This document shows positions 1 to 10,136 of a DNA stretch of 64,000 nucleotides, piece by piece. Source of the DNA: an uncultured Alphaproteobacteria bacterium. GTDB taxonomy: Bacteria; Pseudomonadota; Alphaproteobacteria; Sphingomonadales; Sphingomonadaceae. Made by a program: the position numbers and the translations under genes. How positions within the stretch are numbered: the first letter of the stretch is position 1; the number at the start of each line of letters is the position of its first letter. Location: the NCBI GenBank assembly GCA_963797945.1, contig CAWCRA010000006.1:525219-589218 (forward strand), written 5' to 3'. A model generated the notes under the pieces. It had not been told where the DNA came from, made no database searches, and saw only the letters and a list, made by a program, of their open reading frames with translations.

Positions 1-198
1 CAGATCGGCATCCGGGGGCGCATCGGCAAGCGTCATCCACTGCAGGCCGCCTGCATCGTCCATGCCGGGCATGAGCCCATCGAGCGCGAGCAATTTCGCT
101 CGCCAGTTCATCATTCCGGCAAGCGCTTCGGAATCGGCGCGGACGTTATCCGCCCGGTCCAGCCGAGAACCGGTGAAGGCGAGCGGCGCGGCGCTCAA
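1..198 (-). CDS. nudC: NAD(+) diphosphatase NudC, N-terminal part (runs off window)
   Basis: Manual translation from TTG 198: MSAAPLAFTGSRLDRADNVRADSEALAGMMNWRAKLLALDGLMP...; resembles alphaproteobacterial NudC N-termini; start overlaps the upstream TGA; Nudix box lies outside the window. Confidence 0.65.
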   Translation of the reverse strand, partial: MSAAPLAFTGSRLDRADNVRADSEALAGMMNWRAKLLALDGLMPGMDDAGGLQWMTLADAPPDADL

Positions 199-1520
199 GA
201 GGCTGCTGGCGCGCTCGCCATCTGGCTGGCGAGATCCTTGACCACTGCCGCAGGGAAAGCGGCATGGATCGGATAGGCCTCGGACGGCATGTATTGGGTG
301 AAAAGCGCTGCACGCAGCTTCGCAGGATAGTTCACGAAGGCCACCGTACCGGCCGCCCCGCCCCAGCCATAACTGCCATCCTGCACACGCCCGCCAGCGC
401 CGAAGCCCTGTCCGGCCATCCAAGTGCCTTTGGTCGAGGCGTTTTCGGGCAGCAGGTTCGACGTGCCGACGCGCACGGCTGCCTCGCTCATCACCCGGTT
501 GCCGTCGATGGCGCCGTAATGGAGAAGCATCTCCAGAAACCGGTCATAGTCGCGCGGGCTCGACACGAGGCCTGCGCCGCCGAAGGGAAATGCGGGCTTT
601 TCGAGGAAGATCGATGCGCGCGCGGGATCGAGCGGAACTGGCGCGCCCGCGAAAATGCCGTAATTGGTCGTGAGGCGTGCGACCTGTGCACGCGGCACCT
701 GGAAATAGGTGCTGTCCATGCCGGTCGGCTCGAAGATGCGGCGGCTGAGGAAGGTGTCGAACGGCATGCCGCTGACGACTTCGATCACGCGGCCAAGCAG
801 GTCGAGGCTGACCGAATAGCTCCATTTTTCGCCCGGCTGCAGCACCAGCGGAAGCTTGGCGAGATTGTCGGCAAACACTTCCAGGCTTGGCGCGGGTTCG
901 GCGCGGCCAAGACCGGGGATCGGCAGCTTGCTGACCTGTCCGGGCGAAATGCCATTCCTCTCGTAAGCGTCCTTGATCGGGCCCTTCTGCACGATGCCGT
1001 AGCCAAGCCCGGCCGTATGTGTGAGCAGGTGGCGCATGGTAATAGCGCGCTCTGCCGGGACAGTGTCTTCGAGCGAGCCGTCATAGGTCCTCTGCACCTG
1101 CATATCGGCAAAAGCAGGAAGGATCTCGCCCAGCGGCTGGTCGAGGTCGAGCAACCCGTCATCGATCAGCATCATGACCGCCATGCCGGTGATCGGCTTG
1201 GTCATCGAATAGATGCGATAGAGGCTGTCTGCATCGGCGCGGTCCTGCTGGCCGAGCGTCAGCGTGCCTGACGCTATAACGGCCGGATCGACCGTGCCGC
1301 GGCCAAGAATTGCGAGCATATTGGCGACTTTGCGCTCACCGACATATTCGTCGATCATCCCGGCGACCGTGTCCCATCCGGCACGCTCTTCCTGCGATTG
1401 CGCCAGTAGCGAAGAACCAAACGGCAGGCTGGAGAACGCCGCACCGGCACCGAGCCAAGCGCCCGAACGAAGCAGGGAACGGCGAGAAAGAGAAACGTCG
1501 TCGAAATCGCGAAAGGCCAT
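195..1520 (-). CDS. Serine hydrolase, beta-lactamase class C/esterase family, Tat-exported
   Basis: SxxK motif (YSMTKP), LLTHTAGL, WSYS, GWGGAAGT; N-terminal SRRSLL twin-arginine signal. Confidence 0.9.
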   Translation of the reverse strand: MAFRDFDDVSLSRRSLLRSGAWLGAGAAFSSLPFGSSLLAQSQEERAGWDTVAGMIDEYVGERKVANMLAILGRGTVDPAVIASGTLTLGQQDRADADSLYRIYSMTKPITGMAVMMLIDDGLLDLDQPLGEILPAFADMQVQRTYDGSLEDTVPAERAITMRHLLTHTAGLGYGIVQKGPIKDAYERNGISPGQVSKLPIPGLGRAEPAPSLEVFADNLAKLPLVLQPGEKWSYSVSLDLLGRVIEVVSGMPFDTFLSRRIFEPTGMDSTYFQVPRAQVARLTTNYGIFAGAPVPLDPARASIFLEKPAFPFGGAGLVSSPRDYDRFLEMLLHYGAIDGNRVMSEAAVRVGTSNLLPENASTKGTWMAGQGFGAGGRVQDGSYGWGGAAGTVAFVNYPAKLRAALFTQYMPSEAYPIHAAFPAAVVKDLASQMASAPAAS

Positions 1521-1671
1521 GAATGATCCTGTATTCGAAAAGGGTGCAGCAACGGCGCTCTATAGGCGGCGCAGTCGTTTAGCGAGGAGGGCTCTATGGG
1601 CAGCGCACTCTGAACGCCCGATTGCAAAATGCAACCTTGAATTGAGCGGCCGTGTTATCTAGATAGGACAC

Positions 1672-1893
1672 ATGCTTAACTTAGCCTCTATCCTTCTCGG
1701 GATTCTATCGCTCGTAATCGTCATTCCGGCGACCATTCCGCTGCTCGGCTGGGCCAACTGGTTCGCGCTGCCTTTGATCGTCGTTGGCGTTGTGCTCGGC
1801 CAGCTTTCCAGCAGCAATGGCGGACGCAATTTCTGCCTGATCGTGCTGCTGATCGCCGCCATCCGCCTCAGCATTGGCGGCGGCATCATCTAA
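1672..1893 (+). CDS. Small membrane protein (73 aa)
   Basis: Three hydrophobic segments; AGGA upstream; fills the gap between the hydrolase gene and mutY. Confidence 0.7.
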   Translation: MLNLASILLGILSLVIVIPATIPLLGWANWFALPLIVVGVVLGQLSSSNGGRNFCLIVLLIAAIRLSIGGGII

Positions 1894-2909
1894 GCGAGCG
1901 CTAACCTGGCCGCCTTTGCGAACAGCGTCGGCAGGCCCGCTTCCTCCAGCCGGTCGATCGGCCACCATTCTCCCTCGCCCGGCGGGGTGCGTGCGACTTT
2001 GTGTTCGTGCACAGACAGTTCGAGCGAGAAATGCGTGAAGGTGTGGCGCACCAGGCCAAGTTCTTTCCATTCGCCCACAAACGGCGGCCTGCGCGATCCG
2101 TCGCCGCTGGCTGCCCAGCCATCGTCTGGCAGCGCGCGCATCCCGCCAAGCATACCCTTGCCCTCGCGGCGCACCAGCCAAACCGCGCCGTCACGTTCAA
2201 TCCAGTAGGCCATGCCTTGGCGCAGCGGCTTGGCCTTCTTGGGCGCCTTGATCGGAAAACGCGCTGGATCGCCGCTGTTTCGTCCGGCGCAATCACTGGA
2301 TAGCGGGCAAAGCAGGCACTTCGGATCGCGCGAAGTGCATATTCCCGAGCCGAGGTCCATCATCGCCTGCGCAAAGTCTCCGGCGCGCGCCTCGGGGGTG
2401 ATCTCGTCCGCGCGCTCGCGAATGATCTTGCGCGACTTCGGCAGCGCTTCTTCGATTGCGAACAACCGTGATACCACCCGCTCCACATTCGCATCGACCA
2501 CCACCGCGCGACGCCCGAAAGCGATCGCGGCGATAGCGGCAGCGGTATAGGCGCCCAGCCCCGGCAATTCGCGCAGGGCCTCTTCGGTATCGGGAAATCC
2601 GCCCATCTCGGACACGGCCCGCGCGGCCTTCACCAGATTGCGCGCGCGCGAGTAATATCCCAGCCCGGCCCATGCCGCCATGACGTCGGCCTCGTCTGCG
2701 CCGGCAAGCGCGTCGATGTTCAGCCAACGCCTGGTGAAAGCTTCGAAATAGGGCTTCACCGCCGCAACCGTCGTCTGCTGCAACATCACTTCCGAAAGCC
2801 ATACCCGGTAGGGGTCCGGGGCAGGCTCGCCCGGCATTGCCCGCCACGGCAAAGCGCGGGCGTGGCGATCGTACCAAGCGAGGAGTTTGTCGGAGACGGT
2901 GGCGGACAC
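1890..2909 (-). CDS. mutY: A/G-specific adenine glycosylase MutY
   Basis: WLSEVMLQQT, GLGYYSRARNL, HhH LPGLGAYTA, VVDANVERV, Fe-S motif C-x6-C-x2-C-x5-C. Confidence 0.95.
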   Translation of the reverse strand: MSATVSDKLLAWYDRHARALPWRAMPGEPAPDPYRVWLSEVMLQQTTVAAVKPYFEAFTRRWLNIDALAGADEADVMAAWAGLGYYSRARNLVKAARAVSEMGGFPDTEEALRELPGLGAYTAAAIAAIAFGRRAVVVDANVERVVSRLFAIEEALPKSRKIIRERADEITPEARAGDFAQAMMDLGSGICTSRDPKCLLCPLSSDCAGRNSGDPARFPIKAPKKAKPLRQGMAYWIERDGAVWLVRREGKGMLGGMRALPDDGWAASGDGSRRPPFVGEWKELGLVRHTFTHFSLELSVHEHKVARTPPGEGEWWPIDRLEEAGLPTLFAKAARLALA

Positions 2910-2923
2910 GCCGTGCCTATGGC

Positions 2924-3499
2924 ATGAGCGTGGCCTTCATGGAACGGGATGATCCAAAAACCAGCGGCAAGGCCAATGCCCGGCCCTATCAGCGACCGCG
3001 CGGAGGCTCGGCCAAGCCGGTCGGCGAGCTGATGCCGCAGATCGGCCGTACAGCCTTCCGCCGCTTCGGCTTCGTGCAGTCCAGCGTCGTTAGCCGCTGG
3101 CCCGAGATCGTCGGCGAAACCCACGCAAAGGTGTGCGCGCCCGAGGCGATCCGCTTTCCTCCGGGTGAGAAATCGGAAGGCATCCTCCAGCTTGTCGTCC
3201 AGCCCAGCCACGCACCGCTGATCCAGCATGTCATCCCTGAAATCATCGAGCGGGTGAACCGCTTCTTCGGCTATCAGGCTGTCTCGCGTGTGAAGATACG
3301 GCAAGGCGTGGTTAAGCCGCCTGACGGCATGCCAGGAAGCACGAAGAAACCCGCAGCGCCGCCGTCGCTCAAGCCGATTCCGATGGAATTGGGCGAAAGT
3401 TTGCGCGATATCGGCGACCCGGAACTGCGCACGGTGCTCGAATCACTGGCGCGCGGGCTCGGCTCGCAAGACGAGAACGGGTCGCAGGACGAGGAATAA
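2924..3499 (+). CDS. DUF721/DciA-family protein
   Basis: WPEIVGE, IIERVNRFFGY motifs; conserved mutY-DUF721-dsbA-smc synteny; start could be 2939. Confidence 0.8.
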   Translation: MSVAFMERDDPKTSGKANARPYQRPRGGSAKPVGELMPQIGRTAFRRFGFVQSSVVSRWPEIVGETHAKVCAPEAIRFPPGEKSEGILQLVVQPSHAPLIQHVIPEIIERVNRFFGYQAVSRVKIRQGVVKPPDGMPGSTKKPAAPPSLKPIPMELGESLRDIGDPELRTVLESLARGLGSQDENGSQDEE

Positions 3500-3501
3500 G
3501 A

Positions 3502-4218
3502 ATGAAGTTCGCAAAATCCGCCGCAGCATCGCTTGCTGTGATGGCATTGGCGCTCGCAGGCGGCATCGCCTCCGCGCAAGACGATCTGCCCAAGCAGAAT
3601 CCGGACAAGCAGAACTGGCTCGTCGTGATCGACGAGAACGATCACGGTCACCGCATCGGCAATCCAGAGGCGGAGATCAAGCTTGTCGAATTCATGAGCT
3701 ATACCTGCAATCACTGCGCCACTTTCACACGCGATGGCGAAGGCGCGATCAAATTGGCTTACGTGCCGACCGGCAAGGTCAGCTTCGAAATCCGCCACCT
3801 GTTGCGCGATCCGGTGGACCTGACGGCGGCTCTGCTGACCCAGTGCGGCGACCCGGCCCGCTTTATGCAAAACCACGCCGCCATCATGCTGAAACAGGAA
3901 GAATGGTTCGAAACCGCCGGCAAGACCAGCCAGGCCCAGCGCGCGCGCTGGCAGTTCGGGTCCAACTCCGCCCGGCGTCAGGCGATGGCCAGCGATCTGG
4001 GGTTTTACGACATCATGGAACGGCGCGGTTATACCCGCACCGAAATTGACCGATGCCTCTCTGATGAGGACAAGGCAGCCGCACTCGCCGAAACCAGCCA
4101 GCGCGATATCGAAACCTTCGGATTGCAAGGCACGCCAAGCTTTCTGATCAATGACGAACTGCTCGGCGGTGTGCATGCTTGGGATACTCTCCAGCCGAAA
4201 CTCGACGAACGGCTCTAG
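3502..4218 (+). CDS. DsbA-family thiol-disulfide oxidoreductase
   Basis: Signal peptide; GNPEAEIKLVEFMSYTCNHC; GTPSFLIN cis-Pro loop. Confidence 0.9.
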   Translation: MKFAKSAAASLAVMALALAGGIASAQDDLPKQNPDKQNWLVVIDENDHGHRIGNPEAEIKLVEFMSYTCNHCATFTRDGEGAIKLAYVPTGKVSFEIRHLLRDPVDLTAALLTQCGDPARFMQNHAAIMLKQEEWFETAGKTSQAQRARWQFGSNSARRQAMASDLGFYDIMERRGYTRTEIDRCLSDEDKAAALAETSQRDIETFGLQGTPSFLINDELLGGVHAWDTLQPKLDERL

Positions 4219-4319
4219 CGCTCCGCATTCGTATCTGTTCAAAAGGCTGGCCGCGGCGCTTTGCCCGCCCGACTATCTCCCCTAGCTTCCACCAGCGTCG
4301 CACGAAGGACCGACTGAAG

Positions 4320-5070
4320 ATGATTTCGAACCGACTGATTTACACCGCCCTCGCCGCCCCGCTTGCTCTGGCACTCGCTGCCTGCGGCTCGAACGGCGCG
4401 GAAGCCGGCGGCGTAGCCGAAGGCGAGCCGGTCGCCGAAGTCGCTGCCCCCGATGGGCAGCAATGGAGCGAAGTGGTCACGGTTACGGACTATGACGGCT
4501 ACATGCTCGGCAATCCCGATGCGCCAATCAAGGTCGTCGAATATGCTTCGCTCACCTGCCCGACCTGCGCGGCCTTCGTCGCCAATGGCGTCGAGCAGTT
4601 GAAGGAAAAATATGTCGACACTGGCCGCGTCAGTTTCGAACTGCGCAACCAGATCCACGGCCCGCACGACCTCGTGCTGGCACGCCTGGTACGCTGCGGC
4701 CCGAAAGAAACCTTCCACCCGCGCTCCGACATGGTCTGGCGCAACCAGTCGGAATTGTTGCAGGCGGTTCAGCAGAATGGCGAAGCTTTCGGCCAGGCGC
4801 TCACGCTCCCCGAAGATCAGCGCTTCGTGCAGGCAGCTGCGACGGCTGGCTTTTACGACTTCTTCTCCCGCCTTGGACTGAGCACGAGCGGAGGCGCAGA
4901 GCTGCCTCGCCGACTTCGCCAGCATGGAGGCGATTGCCCGTAATTCGAACGACCAGTCTGCCGAACTCGGCATTCAGGGCACGCCGACGTTTATCGTCAA
5001 CGGGCAGCAGGTCGACGCCAATAACTGGACCGACCTCGAACCCTTCCTGCAACGCGCCGGCGCCAGGTAG
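4320..5070 (+). CDS. Second DsbA-family lipoprotein (apparent frameshift near 4885-4890)
   Basis: Lipobox LAAC; VEYASLTCPTC; the C-terminus (EAQSCLAD...GIQGTPTFIVNG...GAR*) continues in another frame to TAG 5070. Confidence 0.85.
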
Positions 5071-5096
5071 GGCGCCGCGAGGGGGCAGGCAACGGG

Positions 5097-8000
5097 ATGA
5101 TCCTCAAGAAGCTCAAACTTAGTGGCTTCAAGAGTTTCGTCGAGCCCGCAGAGCTGCGCATCGAACCCGGGCTGACCGGTGTGGTCGGCCCCAATGGCTG
5201 CGGCAAATCCAACTTGCTCGAAGCGATCCGCTGGGTCATGGGCGAAAACTCGCCCAAATCCATGCGCTCGGGCGGAATGGAAGATGTCATCTTCGCAGGG
5301 ACTGAGAAACGCCCGCCGCGCGATTTTGCCGAAGTGGTGCTGCAGGGCGCGACCGACGATGCCGAAGAGCTGGAGGTCATGCGCCGGATCGAACGCGGCG
5401 CGGGCAGCGCCTACCGTGTGAATGGCCGCGACGTTCGCGCCAAGGATGTGTCACTGACATTTGCGGATGCGGCCACCGGGGCACACTCCCCCGCCCTCGT
5501 CAGCCAGGGCAAAATCGCGCAGGTCATCGCCGCCAAGCCGACCGAACGGCGCCAGATGCTGGAGGAAGCGGCCGGGATCGCAGGCCTGCACGTCCGCCGC
5601 CGCGATGCCGAGAGCAAACTGCGCTCGACCGAGAAGAACCTCGCCCGGCTCGAAGACCTGATGGCTGGGCTCGACACGCAAATCGCCGCGCTGCGGCGGC
5701 AAGCCAAGCAGGCCGAGCGCTACAAGAAGCTGTCCGACCAGATCCGCACCGCCGAGGCGCGGCTGGTGTTCGCTCGCTGGCGCGATGCAGCCGCGGCGGC
5801 CGACGAGGCCAAGCAGGCTGCGGCGGGCGCCGATGCGCGGGTGGACGAAGCAAAGACCGCCACAGATGCGGCGCAAAAGGCGCAGCATGCCGCAGCAGGG
5901 GCTCTCGGCGAAGCGCGCGATGAACTCGCCGATCGCCGCGATGATGCAAGCGCGCACGGCCACCGGATGGCGGCGCTGACCAGCCAGCTGGAAGCAGCTG
6001 AAGAGAAGCTGCGCGACCTCGAACGACAACGCGCGCGGCTGGAAGAGGATCGCGGCGACGCCGACCGCATGACCAAGGATGCGGGCGAAGCGCTTGCGCG
6101 GCTCGAGAAGGAACTCGCTGATAGCGAAAAGCGCCTCGAGGCCGATGAGTCAGCCCGGCCCGCGCTCGCGGCGAAGTCCGAAGACAAGGAACGCGCCAGC
6201 CGCGCCGCCGAACTGGCACTGGCAAAGGCAACCGCCGATCATGCCGGTGTCGAGGCCGAGTGGCGCGTGGTCGAAGCCGAAATTGCGCAGGCACACTCTC
6301 GTGTGGATCGCATTGAAGCGGACGGACGCCGCATGGCCGAACAGCGCGAGGCTCTTGCTGCGCAGGGCGGCGAAGCGGATCTCGAACGGGCGCGCGAGGC
6401 GGCCGATGCGGCGTCCCAAGCGCTGACCAGCTTGCGCGGCGATCTGGAAGCAATGCAGTCGCGCAAAGCCAATCTGCAAAGCGCGCGCGACCAAGCTGCC
6501 AGCGCTTTTTCGGAAGCGAAAGCAGCGCTCATCGGGATCAGCCGCGAACATGACGCCCTGTCCCGCGACCGCGATGCCCGCGCCCGGGCGTCCGAAAAGC
6601 GCAATGGCCGCAAGCAGGCGATCGACGGTGTGCGCGCTGCGAAGGGCTATGAACGTGCGGTCGCCGCCGCCTTGGGCCGAGATGGCAAGGCCCTGCTTGG
6701 CCTACCGGACGGCGATGCGGAGGGTCGATACTGGACCGGTGCCGATGCGCCAGAAGCCGTCGCAAACAGCCTCGCCGGCCATGTCGAGACATGTCCCGAG
6801 GAGTTGGAGGCGCGCCTTTCGCTTATCCATGTGGCCGAGACCGATGACGGCCGTACGCTGGCGCCTGGCCAGCTGCTTGTCACCAAGTCCGGGCACCTGC
6901 GCCGCTGGGACGGTCTCGTAGTTCGCGGGGAAGGCGGCGCCGAGGCTGCCCGGCTGGAAGCGGAGAACCGTTATGCCGAACTGGCGGAGCAACTCCCCGA
7001 ATTGCAGCGCGCAGTCGATGCCGCGGAAACCGCGCAAGACCATGCAGCGACCGAACTCGCCGACCTTCAGCGCAATCTGGTGGCCGCCGAACGCGGCGTG
7101 CAGCAGGCGGGCGAGACAGAACGCCAGTCATTGCGCGCTCTCGATCAGGCGGAAGCCGCCAAGGAGCGCATCGCAGCGCGGATGGAGGAGCTCGAGATCG
7201 CGAGCGCCGACCACAAAGAACAGCTCGCCGCTGCGAGCGCCGACTTGGCCGCCGCCGAGGGCAAGCGCGCATCGCTACCCGACCCGGAAGCCGGGCGCGC
7301 TTCTCTGGAGGCGGCAAAAGCGAAGAACGAAGCCGCCCGCTCCGCCGTGCAAGCCGCCGCCGCGGAAGTGGCAGCGCATGATCAAGCGCTAGCCGTGGCG
7401 CGCGAACGGGCAAGTGCCCAGCGCTCCGACATGGCAAATTGGCAAGCGCGCTCGAGTGATGCGGCCCGCCGCCTCTCCGACATGGCGCGCCGCTTCGAGG
7501 AAATCGAAGAGGATCACGCAGTCTACGCGGCCAAACCCGAAGGCCTGATGCGCGAAATCGAACAGGGCGACGCGGTGCGTGCGCGGCTAGGCAAGGAACT
7601 GGCCGAAGCCGAAGCTGCGGTCGCGGCTGCGCAAGACACCTCGCAGGAAGCCGATCGCAATTTCGCTACCGCCAACGAAGCTCTCGCCGAAGCGCGCGAA
7701 AACCGTGCCGGGCTTGCCGCACGCGCCGAGAACCAGGAAAGCCGCCGTGTCGAAATGGGCCGCATCTCGGGCGAGCGTTTCCAGTGCCCGCCCTCGCACC
7801 TGCCAGAAAAGTTCGAGTTTGGCGAAGACGCGGTCAAGGCAGCTGAAGCCGAATCGGAGGAAATGGACCGCTTGACCGCCAGCCGCGAGCGGATCGGTCC
7901 GGTCAATCTTGTCGCTGCCGACGAACTTGCGCGGATCGAGCAGGAGCACGGTGCCAGCGAGCAGGAACAGGCGGAGCTCGGCGAAGCGGTCAATCGTCTG

Positions 8001-8516
8001 CGCGGATCGATCGGCAGCCTGAACCGCGAGGGGCGCGAGCGACTGCGCGACGCCTTCGAGCAGGTCGATACCCATTTCCGCCGCCTGTTCACCCAGCTGT
8101 TCGAAGGCGGTCAGGCACATCTCGCCCTGATCGACAGCGACGACCCGCTCGAAGCTGGTTTGGAAATCTTCGCTCAGCCGCCGGGCAAGCGGCTGCAATC
8201 GCTCACGCTGTTATCGGGCGGCGAGCAAGCGCTGACGGCAATTGCGCTGATCTTCGCGTTGTTCCTGACCAACCCGGCACCGATCTGCGTGCTCGACGAG
8301 GTCGATGCCCCGCTGGACGATGCGAATATCGACCGTTTCTGCGACCTGCTCGACGCAATGGTGGCCGAAACCACCACACGCTACCTCATCGTGACGCACA
8401 ATGCCGTGACCATGAGCCGCATGCACCGCCTGTTCGGCGTGACGATGGTTGAAAAAGGCATCAGCCGCCTGGTCAGCGTGGATCTGGGCGAAGCTGAAGC
8501 GATGGCGGCGGAGTAG
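5097..8516 (+). CDS. smc: Chromosome segregation protein SMC
   Basis: LSGFKSF, Walker A GPNGCGKSN, long coiled coils, LSGGE signature, Walker B LDEVDAPLD. Confidence 0.97.
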   Translation: MILKKLKLSGFKSFVEPAELRIEPGLTGVVGPNGCGKSNLLEAIRWVMGENSPKSMRSGGMEDVIFAGTEKRPPRDFAEVVLQGATDDAEELEVMRRIERGAGSAYRVNGRDVRAKDVSLTFADAATGAHSPALVSQGKIAQVIAAKPTERRQMLEEAAGIAGLHVRRRDAESKLRSTEKNLARLEDLMAGLDTQIAALRRQAKQAERYKKLSDQIRTAEARLVFARWRDAAAAADEAKQAAAGADARVDEAKTATDAAQKAQHAAAGALGEARDELADRRDDASAHGHRMAALTSQLEAAEEKLRDLERQRARLEEDRGDADRMTKDAGEALARLEKELADSEKRLEADESARPALAAKSEDKERASRAAELALAKATADHAGVEAEWRVVEAEIAQAHSRVDRIEADGRRMAEQREALAAQGGEADLERAREAADAASQALTSLRGDLEAMQSRKANLQSARDQAASAFSEAKAALIGISREHDALSRDRDARARASEKRNGRKQAIDGVRAAKGYERAVAAALGRDGKALLGLPDGDAEGRYWTGADAPEAVANSLAGHVETCPEELEARLSLIHVAETDDGRTLAPGQLLVTKSGHLRRWDGLVVRGEGGAEAARLEAENRYAELAEQLPELQRAVDAAETAQDHAATELADLQRNLVAAERGVQQAGETERQSLRALDQAEAAKERIAARMEELEIASADHKEQLAAASADLAAAEGKRASLPDPEAGRASLEAAKAKNEAARSAVQAAAAEVAAHDQALAVARERASAQRSDMANWQARSSDAARRLSDMARRFEEIEEDHAVYAAKPEGLMREIEQGDAVRARLGKELAEAEAAVAAAQDTSQEADRNFATANEALAEARENRAGLAARAENQESRRVEMGRISGERFQCPPSHLPEKFEFGEDAVKAAEAESEEMDRLTASRERIGPVNLVAADELARIEQEHGASEQEQAELGEAVNRLRGSIGSLNREGRERLRDAFEQVDTHFRRLFTQLFEGGQAHLALIDSDDPLEAGLEIFAQPPGKRLQSLTLLSGGEQALTAIALIFALFLTNPAPICVLDEVDAPLDDANIDRFCDLLDAMVAETTTRYLIVTHNAVTMSRMHRLFGVTMVEKGISRLVSVDLGEAEAMAAE

Positions 8517-8606
8517 TTCTTTCGACTGCAGTTGGGGTGGCTTGCCGACTGGCAGGTTTACAGTAAAGGTCGAAGGTAGCGGACAAACCACGACGCGAGG
8601 CATATT

Positions 8607-9260
8607 GTGATTATAGAAACACTTTTGGCCGTACTGACGCCTTCGCTTCTCACTTTAGGGGAAGTGATAGAAAAAGAGCCGACCATGGCAGGTGAACTCG
8701 TATTGAGCGGGCATCAGCATAACACCGTGGTTGCAGTGGAAGAAGTCGAGGAAGAGATGGCTCCAGCGAATTCCACTCGGTTGCACTTAGTCGAAAAGGC
8801 CAGCGTGTTGGGAAACCGGTGCCAGAGAAGACGTTGGACCGCGACTTTTCAGGATCTGCCAAGCGACGATACCGCTGCTAAAATTTTGACAGGCACCTAC
8901 AGCACGACTGAAATCACGATCTCTGACGCTGGGATATGTCCTTCCGTTGGCTACACACATCTCAATCCGTCTGTAGATGCTCAACAAGGGTTTGCGGCTT
9001 TGGCGATCCTAGAAAAGCTTCGGTCTGGCAGCGTTCAAGCCGAGTTTGAGTGTGTTGATCGAACATCTTCCGATTTGTGCTCGAGCCCCGAGACAATCCG
9101 CGACGAATTAAACAAACTTTCTCCATGGGCTGTAACGCTTAGAGAGGGTGATTTGGAGCTGTGGCTCGGCACCCCCGGTCAAACAGTCACGGCCGTTCGC
9201 ATCAATCCGACCAGACCTCAATGGGCAGGCATCGAACGTCGGATACCCGCCCCATTCTGA
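8607..9260 (+). CDS. Hypothetical protein, possibly exported, visibly lower GC than its flanks
   Basis: 217-aa ORF filling the smc-merR gap; hydrophobic N-terminus, four Cys; AT-richer codons. Confidence 0.6.
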   Translation: MIIETLLAVLTPSLLTLGEVIEKEPTMAGELVLSGHQHNTVVAVEEVEEEMAPANSTRLHLVEKASVLGNRCQRRRWTATFQDLPSDDTAAKILTGTYSTTEITISDAGICPSVGYTHLNPSVDAQQGFAALAILEKLRSGSVQAEFECVDRTSSDLCSSPETIRDELNKLSPWAVTLREGDLELWLGTPGQTVTAVRINPTRPQWAGIERRIPAPF

Positions 9261-9357
9261 GGTTTCGAATGACCGGTTCTGGGAACACCGAGGATGTATA
9301 TGAAGTTCCGTGATTGGGTCGTTTGCAGACGCGCTCGCCTGTCGTACTAGCGTCAAG

Positions 9358-9729
9358 TCAAGCTGCCAGCGCCCGCCTCAAGTCGGCGCGGACGGCCTTC
9401 AATATGGTCACGAGTTCAGAAATGTCCGGCCGCTCCGAGATCTCCGCCACCTGCGCCGCCGCTTGCGGGTCCGGCACACCTTTCAGCGCGGCCTTGGCGC
9501 CTTTCAGCGTATAGCCTTCGCGGTTAACCAGCCGGTCGATCTCGCGGATTGTGGCGACGTCTTCAGGACGGTAGTAGCGCCGTCCGCCGCTGCGTTTCAG
9601 GGGTTTGAGCGAGGGGAACTGCTGCTCCCAATAGCGCAGGATATGCGTCTTGATGCCGAGTGCCTTGCTGACTTCGCCGATCGTGCGCAGCGCGCCCTCT
9701 TCTTTACCGTCGCTAAACACCCCAGCCAT
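9358..9729 (-). CDS. MerR-family transcriptional regulator (ihfA-linked)
   Basis: RTIGEVSKALGIKTHILRYWEQQF...RRYYRPED HTH; typical position downstream of ihfA. Confidence 0.92.
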   Translation of the reverse strand: MAGVFSDGKEEGALRTIGEVSKALGIKTHILRYWEQQFPSLKPLKRSGGRRYYRPEDVATIREIDRLVNREGYTLKGAKAALKGVPDPQAAAQVAEISERPDISELVTILKAVRADLRRALAA

Positions 9730-9732
9730 CCA

Positions 9733-10029
9733 CTATCCTTTCGCGATGCGCTCCTTGAGCAGCTGGCTGGCGCGGAAGGTCAGCACGCGGCGCGGCGTGA
9801 TCGGAACTTCAACCCCAGTCTTGGGATTGCGGCCGATACGTTCCTTCTTGTCGCGCAGCACGAAGCTGCCGAAACCTGAAATCTTGACGTTTTCGCCATC
9901 TTTGAGCGCGCCGCACATCTTGTCGAGGATCGCTTCGACCATATCGAGCGATTCCGCACGGCTCAGGCCCATCTTGCGGTTGATCGTTTCCGCCAGATCT
10001 GCACGTGTAAGAGTTCCAACCGATCGCAT
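9733..10029 (-). CDS. ihfA: Integration host factor alpha subunit
   Basis: [43 protein letters not shown]. Confidence 0.96.
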   Translation of the reverse strand: MRSVGTLTRADLAETINRKMGLSRAESLDMVEAILDKMCGALKDGENVKISGFGSFVLRDKKERIGRNPKTGVEVPITPRRVLTFRASQLLKERIAKG

Positions 10030-10136
10030 TGGGTAGGGCTCCTTTTTTCCGAAGCGACCCGGAACGAGAATTGATAATTGTTATATACCGCTTTTGCGGA
10101 TACCGCAACGCAACCGCTTGAGTTTTCGACGAATGG

